Shown in pieces: positions 19,054-29,352 of a DNA stretch of 64,000 nucleotides. The DNA comes from an uncultured virus (IMG/VR IMGVR_UViG_3300042453_001906) (Duplodnaviria > Heunggongvirae > Uroviricota > Caudoviricetes). Where the stretch lies: IMG/VR virus record IMGVR_UViG_3300042453_001906; one strand, 5' to 3'. Under the pieces are notes generated by a model, which had not been told where the DNA came from, made no database searches, and saw only the letters and a program-made list of their open reading frames with translations. How positions within the stretch are numbered: position 1 is the stretch's first letter; every line of letters begins with the position of its first letter. Position numbers and translations under genes: made by a program.

Positions 19054-21462
19054 TTATAGAATTACCAGTGATCCGCCGCTTTCAACGGTCAGTGTTGCAC
19101 CGCTTGCAACGGTGAGCGTTCCGCTCATAATTGCATTTTCCGTGCTTCCGATTGATCCGCACACACCCGCAGGCACTGTGATGTTAGAGTTAACAAAGAA
19201 TCCGCCGCTAGGAATGCGAATGTCTCCAACCACCTCAAGTTTTCCACGCGCCGTGTTTGCTCCGGTTCCGCGTATGATGCGCGGACCAATGTTCTGCCCT
19301 GTTACACCAATACCCACATTTCCCAACACATACGCGCCGCCGCTCACACCAAGAGTTCCTGCGCTGTATCCTGCGGCAGTGTTGTAGTGGAACAGGAAAC
19401 TGCTTGTTGCACCGGGTGCGCCGCCTTGGTTGTACTGTACCTGTGTGTCCGTTCCCGTAACACCGTCAGCAGCCTTCCACGACAAAATTCCACCGTTTGT
19501 AGACAGCACATGCCCCGGTGATCCGTCTGTTGCAGGCAGAGTCCATGTGACACTGCCTGTTACAGTGCTTGGTGCTTTGAAACCAACATAGTGGGAGTCA
19601 TCGGCATCGTGAAACAGCAAACTACTCTGACGAGACAGAGTTATGTTTCCAGAAACACCCAAAACTCTTCCGGTTGTGTTGTATCCAACAATCACCGACC
19701 CACGAACATCCAAAGAAGCACCGGGATTTGTGGTTCCGATTCCCACATCTCCTTTTGTGGTAATGGTTAGTCTGTAGTTATCATTGGATGTGTCTGTTCC
19801 AGTAACAAATTGTAGGGTTGCTCCAAGTAGTTCATGGGTTAGGTAATTGTTGATGGAACGATCCCACGCCGAACACGCTATCACACCAGCAGAAGAATAC
19901 ACCTCGTATTGCTTGGAAGCACCATCACCCACTTGCAATTGAGCGGGGCTTGACGCAAGTGAAGGATTTCCTGCTCCAACCTTTCCAATCACATACAGGT
20001 TTTGCCCCTGCAACTGCATACGCATAGTGTTGTTGGTTGCAAAACTCAGTGTTGCGCCGTTGTTGTTCCATATTGCTAGTGTGGAATTGCCGTATGTAGA
20101 GTTATTGCTTCCGGTATACCACACGAAGCCTGCATGACCAACATCATTACTGAGTCGAAGTTGCGAAACACTGGCGGCAGCACCGCACGAAATTCCCACC
20201 GTAACACTAGCCGAAGTATTGTGTACTACCACATCGCCATTCTGCACATTCAATTTGGAGCCAGCAATAGCAGCAGCCGAACCAATTGACACACTTCCGG
20301 CTTGGTCAATCACCATTTGCTTTACGGGAGAAGTGCCGTTGTCATCGGCTCTTCCGTATATCAATTCACCGTCCTTTGCCACAAAGAATTTGGTTCTGTA
20401 GCCACTAGTGGTGTCGGTGTCTCGCAAAACCAGTGTACCGCCCTGAGTTGATCCAATAGTAACAGACTCTCCATATGAAGTAATAAGAACCGATTCGGTG
20501 TCTGTTCCAACAGATAGATTTTTCTGGACTATTACCTGTCCGGGTGTTTTTATCTTGATATGAGCGGTTACATCCTGATTGTCCGCATTGGGATTGGGAA
20601 CACACCCAATCTGAAAGGTTTGTGTTGTTAGGTTGGGCAATCCCAACACCCAACCGGTATTCCCTCTAGTCCTGTACTGATTGGTTCCGGTTCCACTTTC
20701 ACAGTGCAATCCAACAAAAGCAGCACCGCTGGTGTTCTGTGATCCTAAAACAGAAGCGTAACCAGAAGAATTGGGATTTCCCCATTCGAAAGCATTTCCA
20801 GAACTACGAGTTCGTATGGCAGCGTTTGTTTGCGCGGAAAGAGTTGCACCCAACGCATTCAGTGTGTTACCAACAGCAACTGTGCCACTCACAGTAAGAT
20901 TTCCGCTCACGGTTGCGCCAGCAACAACCGCAACACTTTGAGCATTAACACGACCACTGAAAGTGGAGCCACCCGAAACCGTTAGATTGCCACCCACGGT
21001 TGCGCCAGCAACAACCGCAACACTTTGAGCATTAACACGACCACTGAAAGTGGAGCCACCCGAAACCGTTAGATTGCCACCCACGGTTGCGCCAGCAACA
21101 ACCGCAACACTTTGAGCATCAACACGACCACTGAAAGTGGAACCGCCAGACACCGTTAGATTGCCACCCACCGTTAGACCAGTGGTGATGTTAACGGCAG
21201 AAGCAGTGATGCCGCCAGCAAATACTATTGCAGAAGAAAATGTGTGTCCACTTGTAACTGTGTCTCGTAAAACCGCTCTCCACGCGCCTGTGGAACCGTA
21301 AGTAGAGCCAATAGAACCGCTCTCAACTGCATCGTAAATCTTGAGTTTGTTCAGTTTGTAAATAGCAGTATTGGTGGTGTCCCTCCAGTAATTGAAGGTG
21401 TCGCCCAATTCTACTTCGGGAATAATGAATGTGTTTAGGTCTGGTCCTGTGCTTCCGGGCAT
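19054..21462 (-). CDS. Proximal tail fibre / fibre adaptor protein
   Basis: N-terminal DTFNYWRDTTN baseplate-attachment-like motif; internal 29-aa repeats; C-terminal TLTVASGATLTVESGGSLVIL. Confidence 0.75.
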   Translation of the reverse strand: MPGSTGPDLNTFIIPEVELGDTFNYWRDTTNTAIYKLNKLKIYDAVESGSIGSTYGSTGAWRAVLRDTVTSGHTFSSAIVFAGGITASAVNITTGLTVGGNLTVSGGSTFSGRVDAQSVAVVAGATVGGNLTVSGGSTFSGRVNAQSVAVVAGATVGGNLTVSGGSTFSGRVNAQSVAVVAGATVSGNLTVSGTVAVGNTLNALGATLSAQTNAAIRTRSSGNAFEWGNPNSSGYASVLGSQNTSGAAFVGLHCESGTGTNQYRTRGNTGWVLGLPNLTTQTFQIGCVPNPNADNQDVTAHIKIKTPGQVIVQKNLSVGTDTESVLITSYGESVTIGSTQGGTLVLRDTDTTSGYRTKFFVAKDGELIYGRADDNGTSPVKQMVIDQAGSVSIGSAAAIAGSKLNVQNGDVVVHNTSASVTVGISCGAAASVSQLRLSNDVGHAGFVWYTGSNNSTYGNSTLAIWNNNGATLSFATNNTMRMQLQGQNLYVIGKVGAGNPSLASSPAQLQVGDGASKQYEVYSSAGVIACSAWDRSINNYLTHELLGATLQFVTGTDTSNDNYRLTITTKGDVGIGTTNPGASLDVRGSVIVGYNTTGRVLGVSGNITLSRQSSLLFHDADDSHYVGFKAPSTVTGSVTWTLPATDGSPGHVLSTNGGILSWKAADGVTGTDTQVQYNQGGAPGATSSFLFHYNTAAGYSAGTLGVSGGAYVLGNVGIGVTGQNIGPRIIRGTGANTARGKLEVVGDIRIPSGGFFVNSNITVPAGVCGSIGSTENAIMSGTLTVASGATLTVESGGSLVIL
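20908..21172. repeat. 87-bp in-frame tandem repeat, 3 copies
   Basis: Units start at 20908, 20995, 21082; encode VGGNLTVSGGSTFSGRV(N/D)AQSVAVVAGAT. Confidence 0.95.
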
Positions 21463-21465
21463 CGG

Positions 21466-21642
21466 TTATTCCTTCTTGCCGTTTTCCAATCGTGCTATTC
21501 GCTCCTGTAGATTATCTATCTGCGCCTGAAGCGACTTTACGGTGTTCAGCAGTGCTTCTTTTTCAGAAAGCGCAGCAAGAGCCGTTCTGTCAGCCAGCAG
21601 CACCCCCCGTCCACTGGAATTTTTCACATATTTCACGCTCAT
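21466..21642 (-). CDS. Small coiled-coil virion-associated protein
   Basis: MSVKYVKNSSGRGVLL...LQAQIDNLQERIARLE; ATGA overlap with upstream gene. Confidence 0.65.
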   Translation of the reverse strand: MSVKYVKNSSGRGVLLADRTALAALSEKEALLNTVKSLQAQIDNLQERIARLENGKKE

Positions 21643-24600
21643 ACGCTTCTGAAACTGCACATCCGCAGATTTCGTGTTGCTGGCAACTTGGAATAGGTTT
21701 TTGCTGTTGCACCCAATGTGGTGGTGTACATCAGCAGTATTTGATACGCACGAACCGTGGAACCCGTGTTGAACCATGCCCACTGCGTGGGACGGAAATC
21801 GTATTCGGTTCGTGACAGATTAGAGGTAGCGGTGAACGGGAACCGGGGGCTTCCAATGCCGTTAACAGCCGTCATCTGAACCCACGACTTGCCAAACAGG
21901 TCGGATTCGCCGTTGTCAGACCACCGGACATACGCACGAACCTCAGAACCAGTGGGGCAGCACACTTCTCCGGTCACGAAAATGCCGTTGGACACGAGTT
22001 CATCGGGCAGGCTGACTGCCTTGGACACATACGAAGAACTTGGTGTGGTTGTACGGGTGTTGGGATCGTTGATGCTTGTCACCAACATCTCTGCCCCTAC
22101 TCCGTAGAACAAACCAGCGTCAATGGCGGGAGAAATGTAGGTCTTGGACGGCTTGGACAACGAGAATCCAAAATTCTGAGATGCGGTGTACACCGATGTC
22201 AGATATGTGTTTTGGTTGTTGTACACCGTTCTGGCAGATGCAGCAGGATCAATTCTCATGGAGTAATTGCATCCCGTGGGGGTGATCACAGGAACGCTTA
22301 CCTTCAGGACTTGGCAGTTTGCCACATCCATGAACGGACTTCCGGGAACGAAATTGGCAGTTCCGCTGGAGTTGGCAGTAAAGGAACACATGTCAACCTT
22401 GAAGGCTATGTCCGTTGACAGGTTCTGCGCGGCTGGCCCAACAGACTGGGGTTGATACAGGGTTCCCACGAATGGATTGCTGCTGCGCCCACCTGTGGTC
22501 AGGTTGATGCCTGAGTCGTTTGCCCGGAGTTCGTAGTTCTTGCTGTTCGTGATGACAGCAATTGCGTACTCTCCCGGCTCAAGATACACAGGGCTGCTGA
22601 AAGTGAATGTGGTTCCGTTCGGAGTTGTAGTTGTGCCAACGGTTCCCGTGCTTACCTGTGAGGGCATGAGGGTAACGGTGGAGAACGGAAACGAAACCGA
22701 TGGTGACGGATAGCCGTTCACAGTTGGGCGCAACTGAACGGTGACCGGAAGGGCACTATCCTTTGCCGAGAAGTACAGAGTCACGCTCTTGGCAAATATT
22801 CCTTCGGGATATGTCTTCTTGTCTACCACGAATGTCTGGCACAGAGGATCAATCCACGAATTGTTCTGTATGGTTTCCTGAATGTTGTCATAGGAAACCT
22901 CTCGGTTGAACGGATCCTTGATGATGCCTTCACTGGTAACTGTCTGACGGCGGTACTCCGGGTTTCTTGTGGAGTAAACTCCGTCAATTCGTTGATCCAC
23001 TGTTCCCTTGCAGTAGAAAATCTTGTCTGCTGCTTGGGTGGCATTTTGGGTGCTTGAGTTGTCAGTAATGCGGATGGACTTCTCGCCCGACAGGTTGTTT
23101 CCGCTCGTAAACGAGAAGGTAACGCCAACCGTTCCGTTTGCGTCTGTGGTTAGTCCGCTCTTGACCAACACCCCGTCCACATACAGACCCAAACCGCTGG
23201 AATTCGGGCGCAATCCGTATGCAGTGACACCGATGTTTTGATTCACTGGAATGTACGGAACAACAGTTCGGTCAACAATCCGATTGTCAAGGGTTCGGTA
23301 ACGAGTTCTACCCACAAGTCGGCTTGCGGTCAGGATGTTCCCGGTCTTTTCGTCCAACGGAACAACACTGCGCCGCACAGACATGCGCTCGTTGCCGGAA
23401 TTCACCGTAGGGATGGACGAATTGGAATTGGTTCTTGGTGCTTCAAGAATTCTCTTTTGAATGTCGTCCTTTGCATCGGTTCTGATGGCAAACCCAGTCC
23501 ACAGGTATTCCCAATCATTCCACTGTGTTCCGAATCCGCGAGTATTGTTAGCGTTTGACGCTACCCAATTGTCGTTTTCCGACAGGTTGTTGGAGTACAC
23601 CGTGGGTCTGACAGAAGTTTCGAAATACGGCTCGTATTGTTTCGTCAGGTCGATGAATCCAAGCCAATTCACCGTTCCGGTGGGATTGATCTTGATGCTG
23701 TTGTTGTAGCCGCTGTTGTCAAGCAATTCTTCCGTTGTGTACGAGAAGGTGATAAGACCGTCAGGAGAAACCGTGGTGTTCGTATATGTTCCTGTTGACA
23801 ACGAAGGCAACTCAAGGTCGTTGTGTATGAACATGGCACGCATTTCACCGTGTTCGTAATCCACGGAGCATCGGTGATTCGTGTCTGCCACATCTCCACC
23901 AGCATGACCATAGAAATCATCGGTGTAAATGGATGTCTTGACGGGTTCGGTCGAAAGAGAATAGACACTGGCGGATGTCACCCCACCTACAGAAACATAA
24001 GAGTCAATTGCAGACTTCACGGAAGTGAATTCCATTTCCGTTTCAGACAACGACAGTTTGGTGAAAGACTCAAGTTCATCCACCCGCTTTTCCACACTCT
24101 GTATGTCTGCCATAGTGAAACGGCGAACATCGTTCTTGTTGACCACTACATCCTTCGCAGAGTGCGTGTATGCCGGAACAACAAGAGTGGCAAGAGTCAG
24201 TGAGTTTTCTGTTTCGGGAGGCGAAACCGGAGATAGATCGCCCACCTCTCCAGTATCAACAGCAAACGATGTAGACAAATCCGATGGGTTTATCTTCAGG
24301 CTGATCCGGTCGATGCGCGGCAAGTAATTAGACCATGTTGCTCCGGTCGGGTACGAAGCGTCAAACCGCTCGTATACGCCATAAGGCTTGGAAACCACGG
24401 CATCAAAAGTAAGTCCCGTGTGGCGGAAGTCTACGCAATTTGCCAGAGAAACGGTGCGTCCGGTCTTAGGGTTGGTGAACAGGGGAATATCACCGTATGT
24501 TATTCCCACATATGCGTGTCTGCCCAAGAAAGGCCCAAATGAAAGTCCTTCGTGACGGAACCACTTGTACGCAAACGACACTCCAGTTGGTTGCTGACCA

Positions 24601-26897
24601 AGTGAGTATGTGAATGAAGAAGATCCCGGAACGGAGGTTCCTTCTTTGGATTTCTTCACCACCAGCGCAGAATAGTCGTAGAAAGAGTCTCTTTGCCCGT
24701 CATCCAATTCAAAGTCATCGGTAATATTGATGCCTTCTCTGCGAACTTCCGTTACAGAATATACATCAAAGTTGGGAAGAGTAAATCCGACCCGTCCATT
24801 TATGTTGGCAAGTGTTGGAATTACCGTTCCTGCATTGCTGTACACCTGAGAGGTTTTTGTCCTGCTGCAAGCGTTTATGGCATTTGTGTTGACCAAATCA
24901 CTTGAAGTAATAGTGTACTTGTATGGAGCAATGATCCTGACAGGCCCAGTAAACCCTGCGTGGAATCCACGAACGGACAACTTTACATATCCGCTTCCAT
25001 CACGATAGATTCCTGCCGATGCAACAGAACCATCGCGGACTCCGGGGTTTATCACCAACCCTGCGGTTATTCCACCGGAAATTATTGTGTACTGTGACAA
25101 CAGGGTGTCATTTGTGGTATGTGATGTTGTTATGGCATCAGACCAAACTGCGGTAATGTTTGATGGAATAGACGGCAAATCAAACTCGGCACTGCTGAAC
25201 GAGAATGTGGCTCCCGTGAATCCACCAACTATCCAGTTTGCGGATGCGGAACCAGTCCACAAGGACGAAGACTTGGTTGCTGCTTTTCCGTAAAATACGA
25301 AAGAATTCAAAGCACTTACACCCTGAGTGGGCGAAAGTTCATACACCAAACATCCATCGTCGTTTGCGCTTGCTCCGATTACTCCAAAAGAACTGCCCGA
25401 AACAGGAGTCAACACCGCAAAGGTGACACCAGCAATACCTCCGCTAAATCCATACACAACGGCACTGCACGCGCCGCTGATGACGGAACCAGAGCAAACA
25501 CCGTAAATGTACATGTTGTACGGTGTTCCTGCCGTGGTGTACTGTCCTGCTGTTATGCTGCTTGTGACAAATCCTGCCCAAGCACTAACGCCCCGTGGAA
25601 TGAATCCGTGAACCTTGGCTTCACCAACCACTGCACCAGCACTGTTTCTGAATCTGACAACAGATGAACCGCCGTTAAGCCTGTTCATGTGAGTATACGC
25701 TGTAGCACCCATACGGCTTGGAATGTTGTCCATGCTAACGCCGATGAAGTTTCCTACATTGAACTGAAACGAACCGCTTTCGGTGTAGTTTTGTCTAGCC
25801 TTTGATATGCCAAGAATGGTTGGATACTTGGTTTCAACCTCCGTACCCATGACATACGCTTTTCCTGGCCCGATCACCACCTCAAGGTTTTCGGGAGCGG
25901 AAGATTCACGAACCGTGATTTCAAAAGGATTTACGATGTAGGAACCCGACTCGTCGTAGGTTCTCTTGGAAAGTGTCTGCAAGATGTCAGAGTAAAGAAC
26001 GCGATCCACCTTTTTAGTGATCTTACCGTCTTCAAATCTGACCAATTCGATGAAATCGTCTGGATTCTCTGCTAGTCCGGTTTGACTCAGAGTCAAATCA
26101 ATCACATAACGATCCGCTCCCGGAGCGTTGTAATTGGGTGATCCAAAAGACGGATCAAGAAGCGAATTGTCTTCATCAGAAGTAACAGTGGTTCTTGAAA
26201 TAGAGAATCCAACCTTCTTGTCGATCCCCGCAAAAGTAACTCCCGCAACTGTTCCGCTTAGATCACGCTCCCCGCCACTCACGGAATAAGGAGCAAACGA
26301 CTGCTGCTCGTTGACAACAAATGACCCGTCAACATAGAAAATACCGTCATCAACGGTGACCAGTTTGCACAGTCCGTTGTATGTTGCTCCCTTTGGAACA
26401 AATGGAGTGTATGAAGATCCATCAGCAGCAGTTATACCAACGGTAACTCCGTTCACATACGGGGCAACACCATTGGAAGGAATAAGACCAGAATACCCAG
26501 AAACATAATCAACCACCAAAAACAGTTTATCGTCCGTTTCAGGAGGCAGAACATGTGCAATCACTGCTTGGGCAGTTGCCCCCAAGTACACCGTTCCGCC
26601 AACCAAAGACTCCCAATCATTAGAATCAAAGGCAGCAAAGGGGGTTCCTGTTCCGGTGTTGAGTCCAAGGTAATTGGCATTTCTCACCGTGATGGGTGCT
26701 GCAACTATGCGAGAACCGTTCTTGAACAGGTGATCGCCAATTTTTGAAACTTGATTCTGTAGGATCGTCTGAAGTTGCGTCAGTTCACGGGCTTGAACGG
26801 CATAACCGGGCTTGAACAACACTCGCAGAAAACGATTGTTGGGGTCAAAATCGTCGTAATACGGCGAGATGTTAAAAATGCTGGGGTCGTAAGCCAT
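21639..26897 (-). CDS. Large baseplate-associated structural protein (DUF4815 / VrlC-like)
   Basis: PYYDDFD, RVLFKPGYAVQARELTQLQTILQNQ, NAPGADRY, RTYDESGSY, DPLCQTF. Confidence 0.9.
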   Translation of the reverse strand: MAYDPSIFNISPYYDDFDPNNRFLRVLFKPGYAVQARELTQLQTILQNQVSKIGDHLFKNGSRIVAAPITVRNANYLGLNTGTGTPFAAFDSNDWESLVGGTVYLGATAQAVIAHVLPPETDDKLFLVVDYVSGYSGLIPSNGVAPYVNGVTVGITAADGSSYTPFVPKGATYNGLCKLVTVDDGIFYVDGSFVVNEQQSFAPYSVSGGERDLSGTVAGVTFAGIDKKVGFSISRTTVTSDEDNSLLDPSFGSPNYNAPGADRYVIDLTLSQTGLAENPDDFIELVRFEDGKITKKVDRVLYSDILQTLSKRTYDESGSYIVNPFEITVRESSAPENLEVVIGPGKAYVMGTEVETKYPTILGISKARQNYTESGSFQFNVGNFIGVSMDNIPSRMGATAYTHMNRLNGGSSVVRFRNSAGAVVGEAKVHGFIPRGVSAWAGFVTSSITAGQYTTAGTPYNMYIYGVCSGSVISGACSAVVYGFSGGIAGVTFAVLTPVSGSSFGVIGASANDDGCLVYELSPTQGVSALNSFVFYGKAATKSSSLWTGSASANWIVGGFTGATFSFSSAEFDLPSIPSNITAVWSDAITTSHTTNDTLLSQYTIISGGITAGLVINPGVRDGSVASAGIYRDGSGYVKLSVRGFHAGFTGPVRIIAPYKYTITSSDLVNTNAINACSRTKTSQVYSNAGTVIPTLANINGRVGFTLPNFDVYSVTEVRREGINITDDFELDDGQRDSFYDYSALVVKKSKEGTSVPGSSSFTYSLGQQPTGVSFAYKWFRHEGLSFGPFLGRHAYVGITYGDIPLFTNPKTGRTVSLANCVDFRHTGLTFDAVVSKPYGVYERFDASYPTGATWSNYLPRIDRISLKINPSDLSTSFAVDTGEVGDLSPVSPPETENSLTLATLVVPAYTHSAKDVVVNKNDVRRFTMADIQSVEKRVDELESFTKLSLSETEMEFTSVKSAIDSYVSVGGVTSASVYSLSTEPVKTSIYTDDFYGHAGGDVADTNHRCSVDYEHGEMRAMFIHNDLELPSLSTGTYTNTTVSPDGLITFSYTTEELLDNSGYNNSIKINPTGTVNWLGFIDLTKQYEPYFETSVRPTVYSNNLSENDNWVASNANNTRGFGTQWNDWEYLWTGFAIRTDAKDDIQKRILEAPRTNSNSSIPTVNSGNERMSVRRSVVPLDEKTGNILTASRLVGRTRYRTLDNRIVDRTVVPYIPVNQNIGVTAYGLRPNSSGLGLYVDGVLVKSGLTTDANGTVGVTFSFTSGNNLSGEKSIRITDNSSTQNATQAADKIFYCKGTVDQRIDGVYSTRNPEYRRQTVTSEGIIKDPFNREVSYDNIQETIQNNSWIDPLCQTFVVDKKTYPEGIFAKSVTLYFSAKDSALPVTVQLRPTVNGYPSPSVSFPFSTVTLMPSQVSTGTVGTTTTPNGTTFTFSSPVYLEPGEYAIAVITNSKNYELRANDSGINLTTGGRSSNPFVGTLYQPQSVGPAAQNLSTDIAFKVDMCSFTANSSGTANFVPGSPFMDVANCQVLKVSVPVITPTGCNYSMRIDPAASARTVYNNQNTYLTSVYTASQNFGFSLSKPSKTYISPAIDAGLFYGVGAEMLVTSINDPNTRTTTPSSSYVSKAVSLPDELVSNGIFVTGEVCCPTGSEVRAYVRWSDNGESDLFGKSWVQMTAVNGIGSPRFPFTATSNLSRTEYDFRPTQWAWFNTGSTVRAYQILLMYTTTLGATAKTYSKLPATRNLRMCSFRSV

Positions 26898-26906
26898 TTT
26901 TACCTC

Positions 26907-29348
26907 TTAGAATCCTACTCGTAGTCTAAATTCTTCACTTTGGTTGGGAAGTCGCTGAATGGGCTGGATACTGTTTATGTATATGATTTCCCCGGAGTGA
27001 ATGTCTATGGCGGGGGCAGAAACACCAGCAACAAGATATCCAAGATTGATCTGACCGCTTTCGTCATTCAAGCGGGAAGCAGTCAGTCCATTGCCATCAG
27101 CCGAGTTCTTGAATATACCGAACGGCTCTGTGACATACAGCAGTCCGGTGGAAGAGTCTATTCGTGACCACCCGTACACAGTTCCATTGGCGTAATCGTA
27201 CAAATACGAACCACTCACACCCTGTTGTATGAAATCTCCATTTTCCCATGTGGTGTCGGTGAAATCGGCAAGTCCCGCAGGCTTATTCATCCGTAGAACC
27301 GTAAGACCTGTGTACGATGGAACGCTTGCAGATTCAAAATACGGAACACTGGCACTAATCAGTTTAAAGAATTCCCGCGTCAAACCTGCCTCAGTAGCAA
27401 GAGACAAACCACGGTTCACATACAATAGTTCTCCATAAGCAAGGCTCACTCCCGAAACACTGGCGGTTACTCCACTGTTGTATCCTGTTATTGCCAGACT
27501 GCTTGATGAGCCTTTCACAAATGCGTTTTTGGTGACACGAATGCCAATGAGTTTGTCTGTCGCGGATATGATCGTGCCCTCTGCACTGATTCCAAAAGCG
27601 TATGTGATGCCACCAAGTGCAGCAATAGAAATTCCGGCAGGAATATTTTGCGTGACTCGCTCTCCGACCAAGAATCCACTTTTTGATGGCGAAAGGGACA
27701 ACTCGTAGTTTTTTAGTCTATCAAGCCATGTGATGGGTTCGGACGGTGAATTCTTTACCTTTATCTGAACTCGCTTTTCTCCGACCACCGCTGTCGAATA
27801 TGCGGTTGCCTCAACCACGGGGAAGGTGGCATAAGATTCTTTGCCAACAACAAAATTGCTTGCTTCTCCGCTGAAATAATTTGTTTGAAATCCTGCCAGT
27901 GTAGAGTAACTGCTTCCGAGGTACAGCATTGTCAAATCGCGGTAGTAGGGAGTCTGCGTCCCCGCAATGATTCCGCTGCCGTCATTCAGCACAGGATTAC
28001 GGATGATGCCGAATTTTCGGTAACTTCCTCCTGTTTGGATGACTTCTTCATCGCTTTCATCAATTGTTGTAATGAGAATGACATCCCGAACATTCAACTC
28101 CTTCAGTATGTTTGATCCGTGACCGCCTTTTGGTGACAGCACGGCAGTGAACTGCGGATGAACGGTATTGCCTGAAGTCCCATCTTGCTTGGAACTTACC
28201 ACTTCAACCGTTGCTTGGCTATAATCGTCACCCCCATCAATCAATTCGATTCCGGTGATTCTTCTCCACTCACTGGTTCCTGTCGCTCCAACGATAGGGA
28301 AAGCATAAGCACCAGAACCATCGCCGCTTATACGAACATACGGAATAATATCATAGTAAACTTGGCTGCTGCCTCCGGGGAATGTAAAGGTAAATGGTTC
28401 ATGTTCTCCCCGAATCGTAAATGTGTACTGACTGGAACTTGCCGTGACTCCATGAATAATTCCGTATTTGTTCACATCTGATGGATTGGTTCCCGCTCCC
28501 GACACCCGAACTATACGAAGAACATAGCCAATATAATTGTTGATGTCGCTGACAGGCAGGCTGAATGAATTTGTGAAGGTGCTTGATGAAATCGTGTAGT
28601 AGTCACCCACACCAAATGAAGTGGTAGATGCCGTGCTTCCGGTTACTCCAACAGCGAATTGGGCCCCATATTCGCTTCCAAGGTACACCGCAGCCGAAGC
28701 ACCGCCACTTGTTATTCCGTTTTGCAACAGATCAATCCTTGTGATCTGTCCGTTGACTGCTGCTTGCTGTGCGTTGAATTGCAGTGTTGTTTCTGTGTCT
28801 GTTCCAAGAGTGTCCTGCTGCACAACAGCGTATGTTATTGGGATGTAGTCCGTAATCTCATACGGCAACAAAGACTCTTTCACGGTGGCAAGGTACTTCC
28901 ATGTGTAACCATCGCTGTACTCTAGTTGCGTGGTGCTGGTGTGCGAAGGTTCAACAACGGAATTTCCGCTGCCTGCCTTCAAGCACTTGTATATGTTGTT
29001 TGCTGATGTCACCACATAAAAATTCTTCGGAGCGTCTTCATTAAACAACTCTTCGTTGTCTTCATAAGCATCATATGGGCCTATTTCCCAAGGAATGCGC
29101 TCAAGAGCAAAAACTATCTTGCTTGGATCAAGTTTCTTGTACCCGATGATGCTGTGCATTACATCATATTCATCCTGAACGGTATCCGGTGGCGTAACAG
29201 GAATAATGTCTGCGCTTGCCCCTGCTGTGGCATCCCACGGGGTAGATTTGGCTACAAACAAGAAATACTGACCACGGTTAAGAGCCACATCACTCAGAAG
29301 ATTTTCTGCGTATGTTCTCTTGATTGATGCTTTGAGTAGTAGAGGCAT
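26907..29348 (-). CDS. gp8: Baseplate wedge subunit
   Basis: FYVVTSANNIYKCL, DGYTWKYL, SPKGGHG, HSGEIIYIN..PIQR. Confidence 0.88.
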   Translation of the reverse strand: MPLLLKASIKRTYAENLLSDVALNRGQYFLFVAKSTPWDATAGASADIIPVTPPDTVQDEYDVMHSIIGYKKLDPSKIVFALERIPWEIGPYDAYEDNEELFNEDAPKNFYVVTSANNIYKCLKAGSGNSVVEPSHTSTTQLEYSDGYTWKYLATVKESLLPYEITDYIPITYAVVQQDTLGTDTETTLQFNAQQAAVNGQITRIDLLQNGITSGGASAAVYLGSEYGAQFAVGVTGSTASTTSFGVGDYYTISSSTFTNSFSLPVSDINNYIGYVLRIVRVSGAGTNPSDVNKYGIIHGVTASSSQYTFTIRGEHEPFTFTFPGGSSQVYYDIIPYVRISGDGSGAYAFPIVGATGTSEWRRITGIELIDGGDDYSQATVEVVSSKQDGTSGNTVHPQFTAVLSPKGGHGSNILKELNVRDVILITTIDESDEEVIQTGGSYRKFGIIRNPVLNDGSGIIAGTQTPYYRDLTMLYLGSSYSTLAGFQTNYFSGEASNFVVGKESYATFPVVEATAYSTAVVGEKRVQIKVKNSPSEPITWLDRLKNYELSLSPSKSGFLVGERVTQNIPAGISIAALGGITYAFGISAEGTIISATDKLIGIRVTKNAFVKGSSSSLAITGYNSGVTASVSGVSLAYGELLYVNRGLSLATEAGLTREFFKLISASVPYFESASVPSYTGLTVLRMNKPAGLADFTDTTWENGDFIQQGVSGSYLYDYANGTVYGWSRIDSSTGLLYVTEPFGIFKNSADGNGLTASRLNDESGQINLGYLVAGVSAPAIDIHSGEIIYINSIQPIQRLPNQSEEFRLRVGF

Positions 29349-29352
29349 TACA

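Noticed and set aside
14255..21462. Diversity-generating retroelement or invertase switching of fibre tips
   Set aside because: No reverse transcriptase or recombinase, no template/variable repeat pair differing at adenines, and no inverted fibre segments seen
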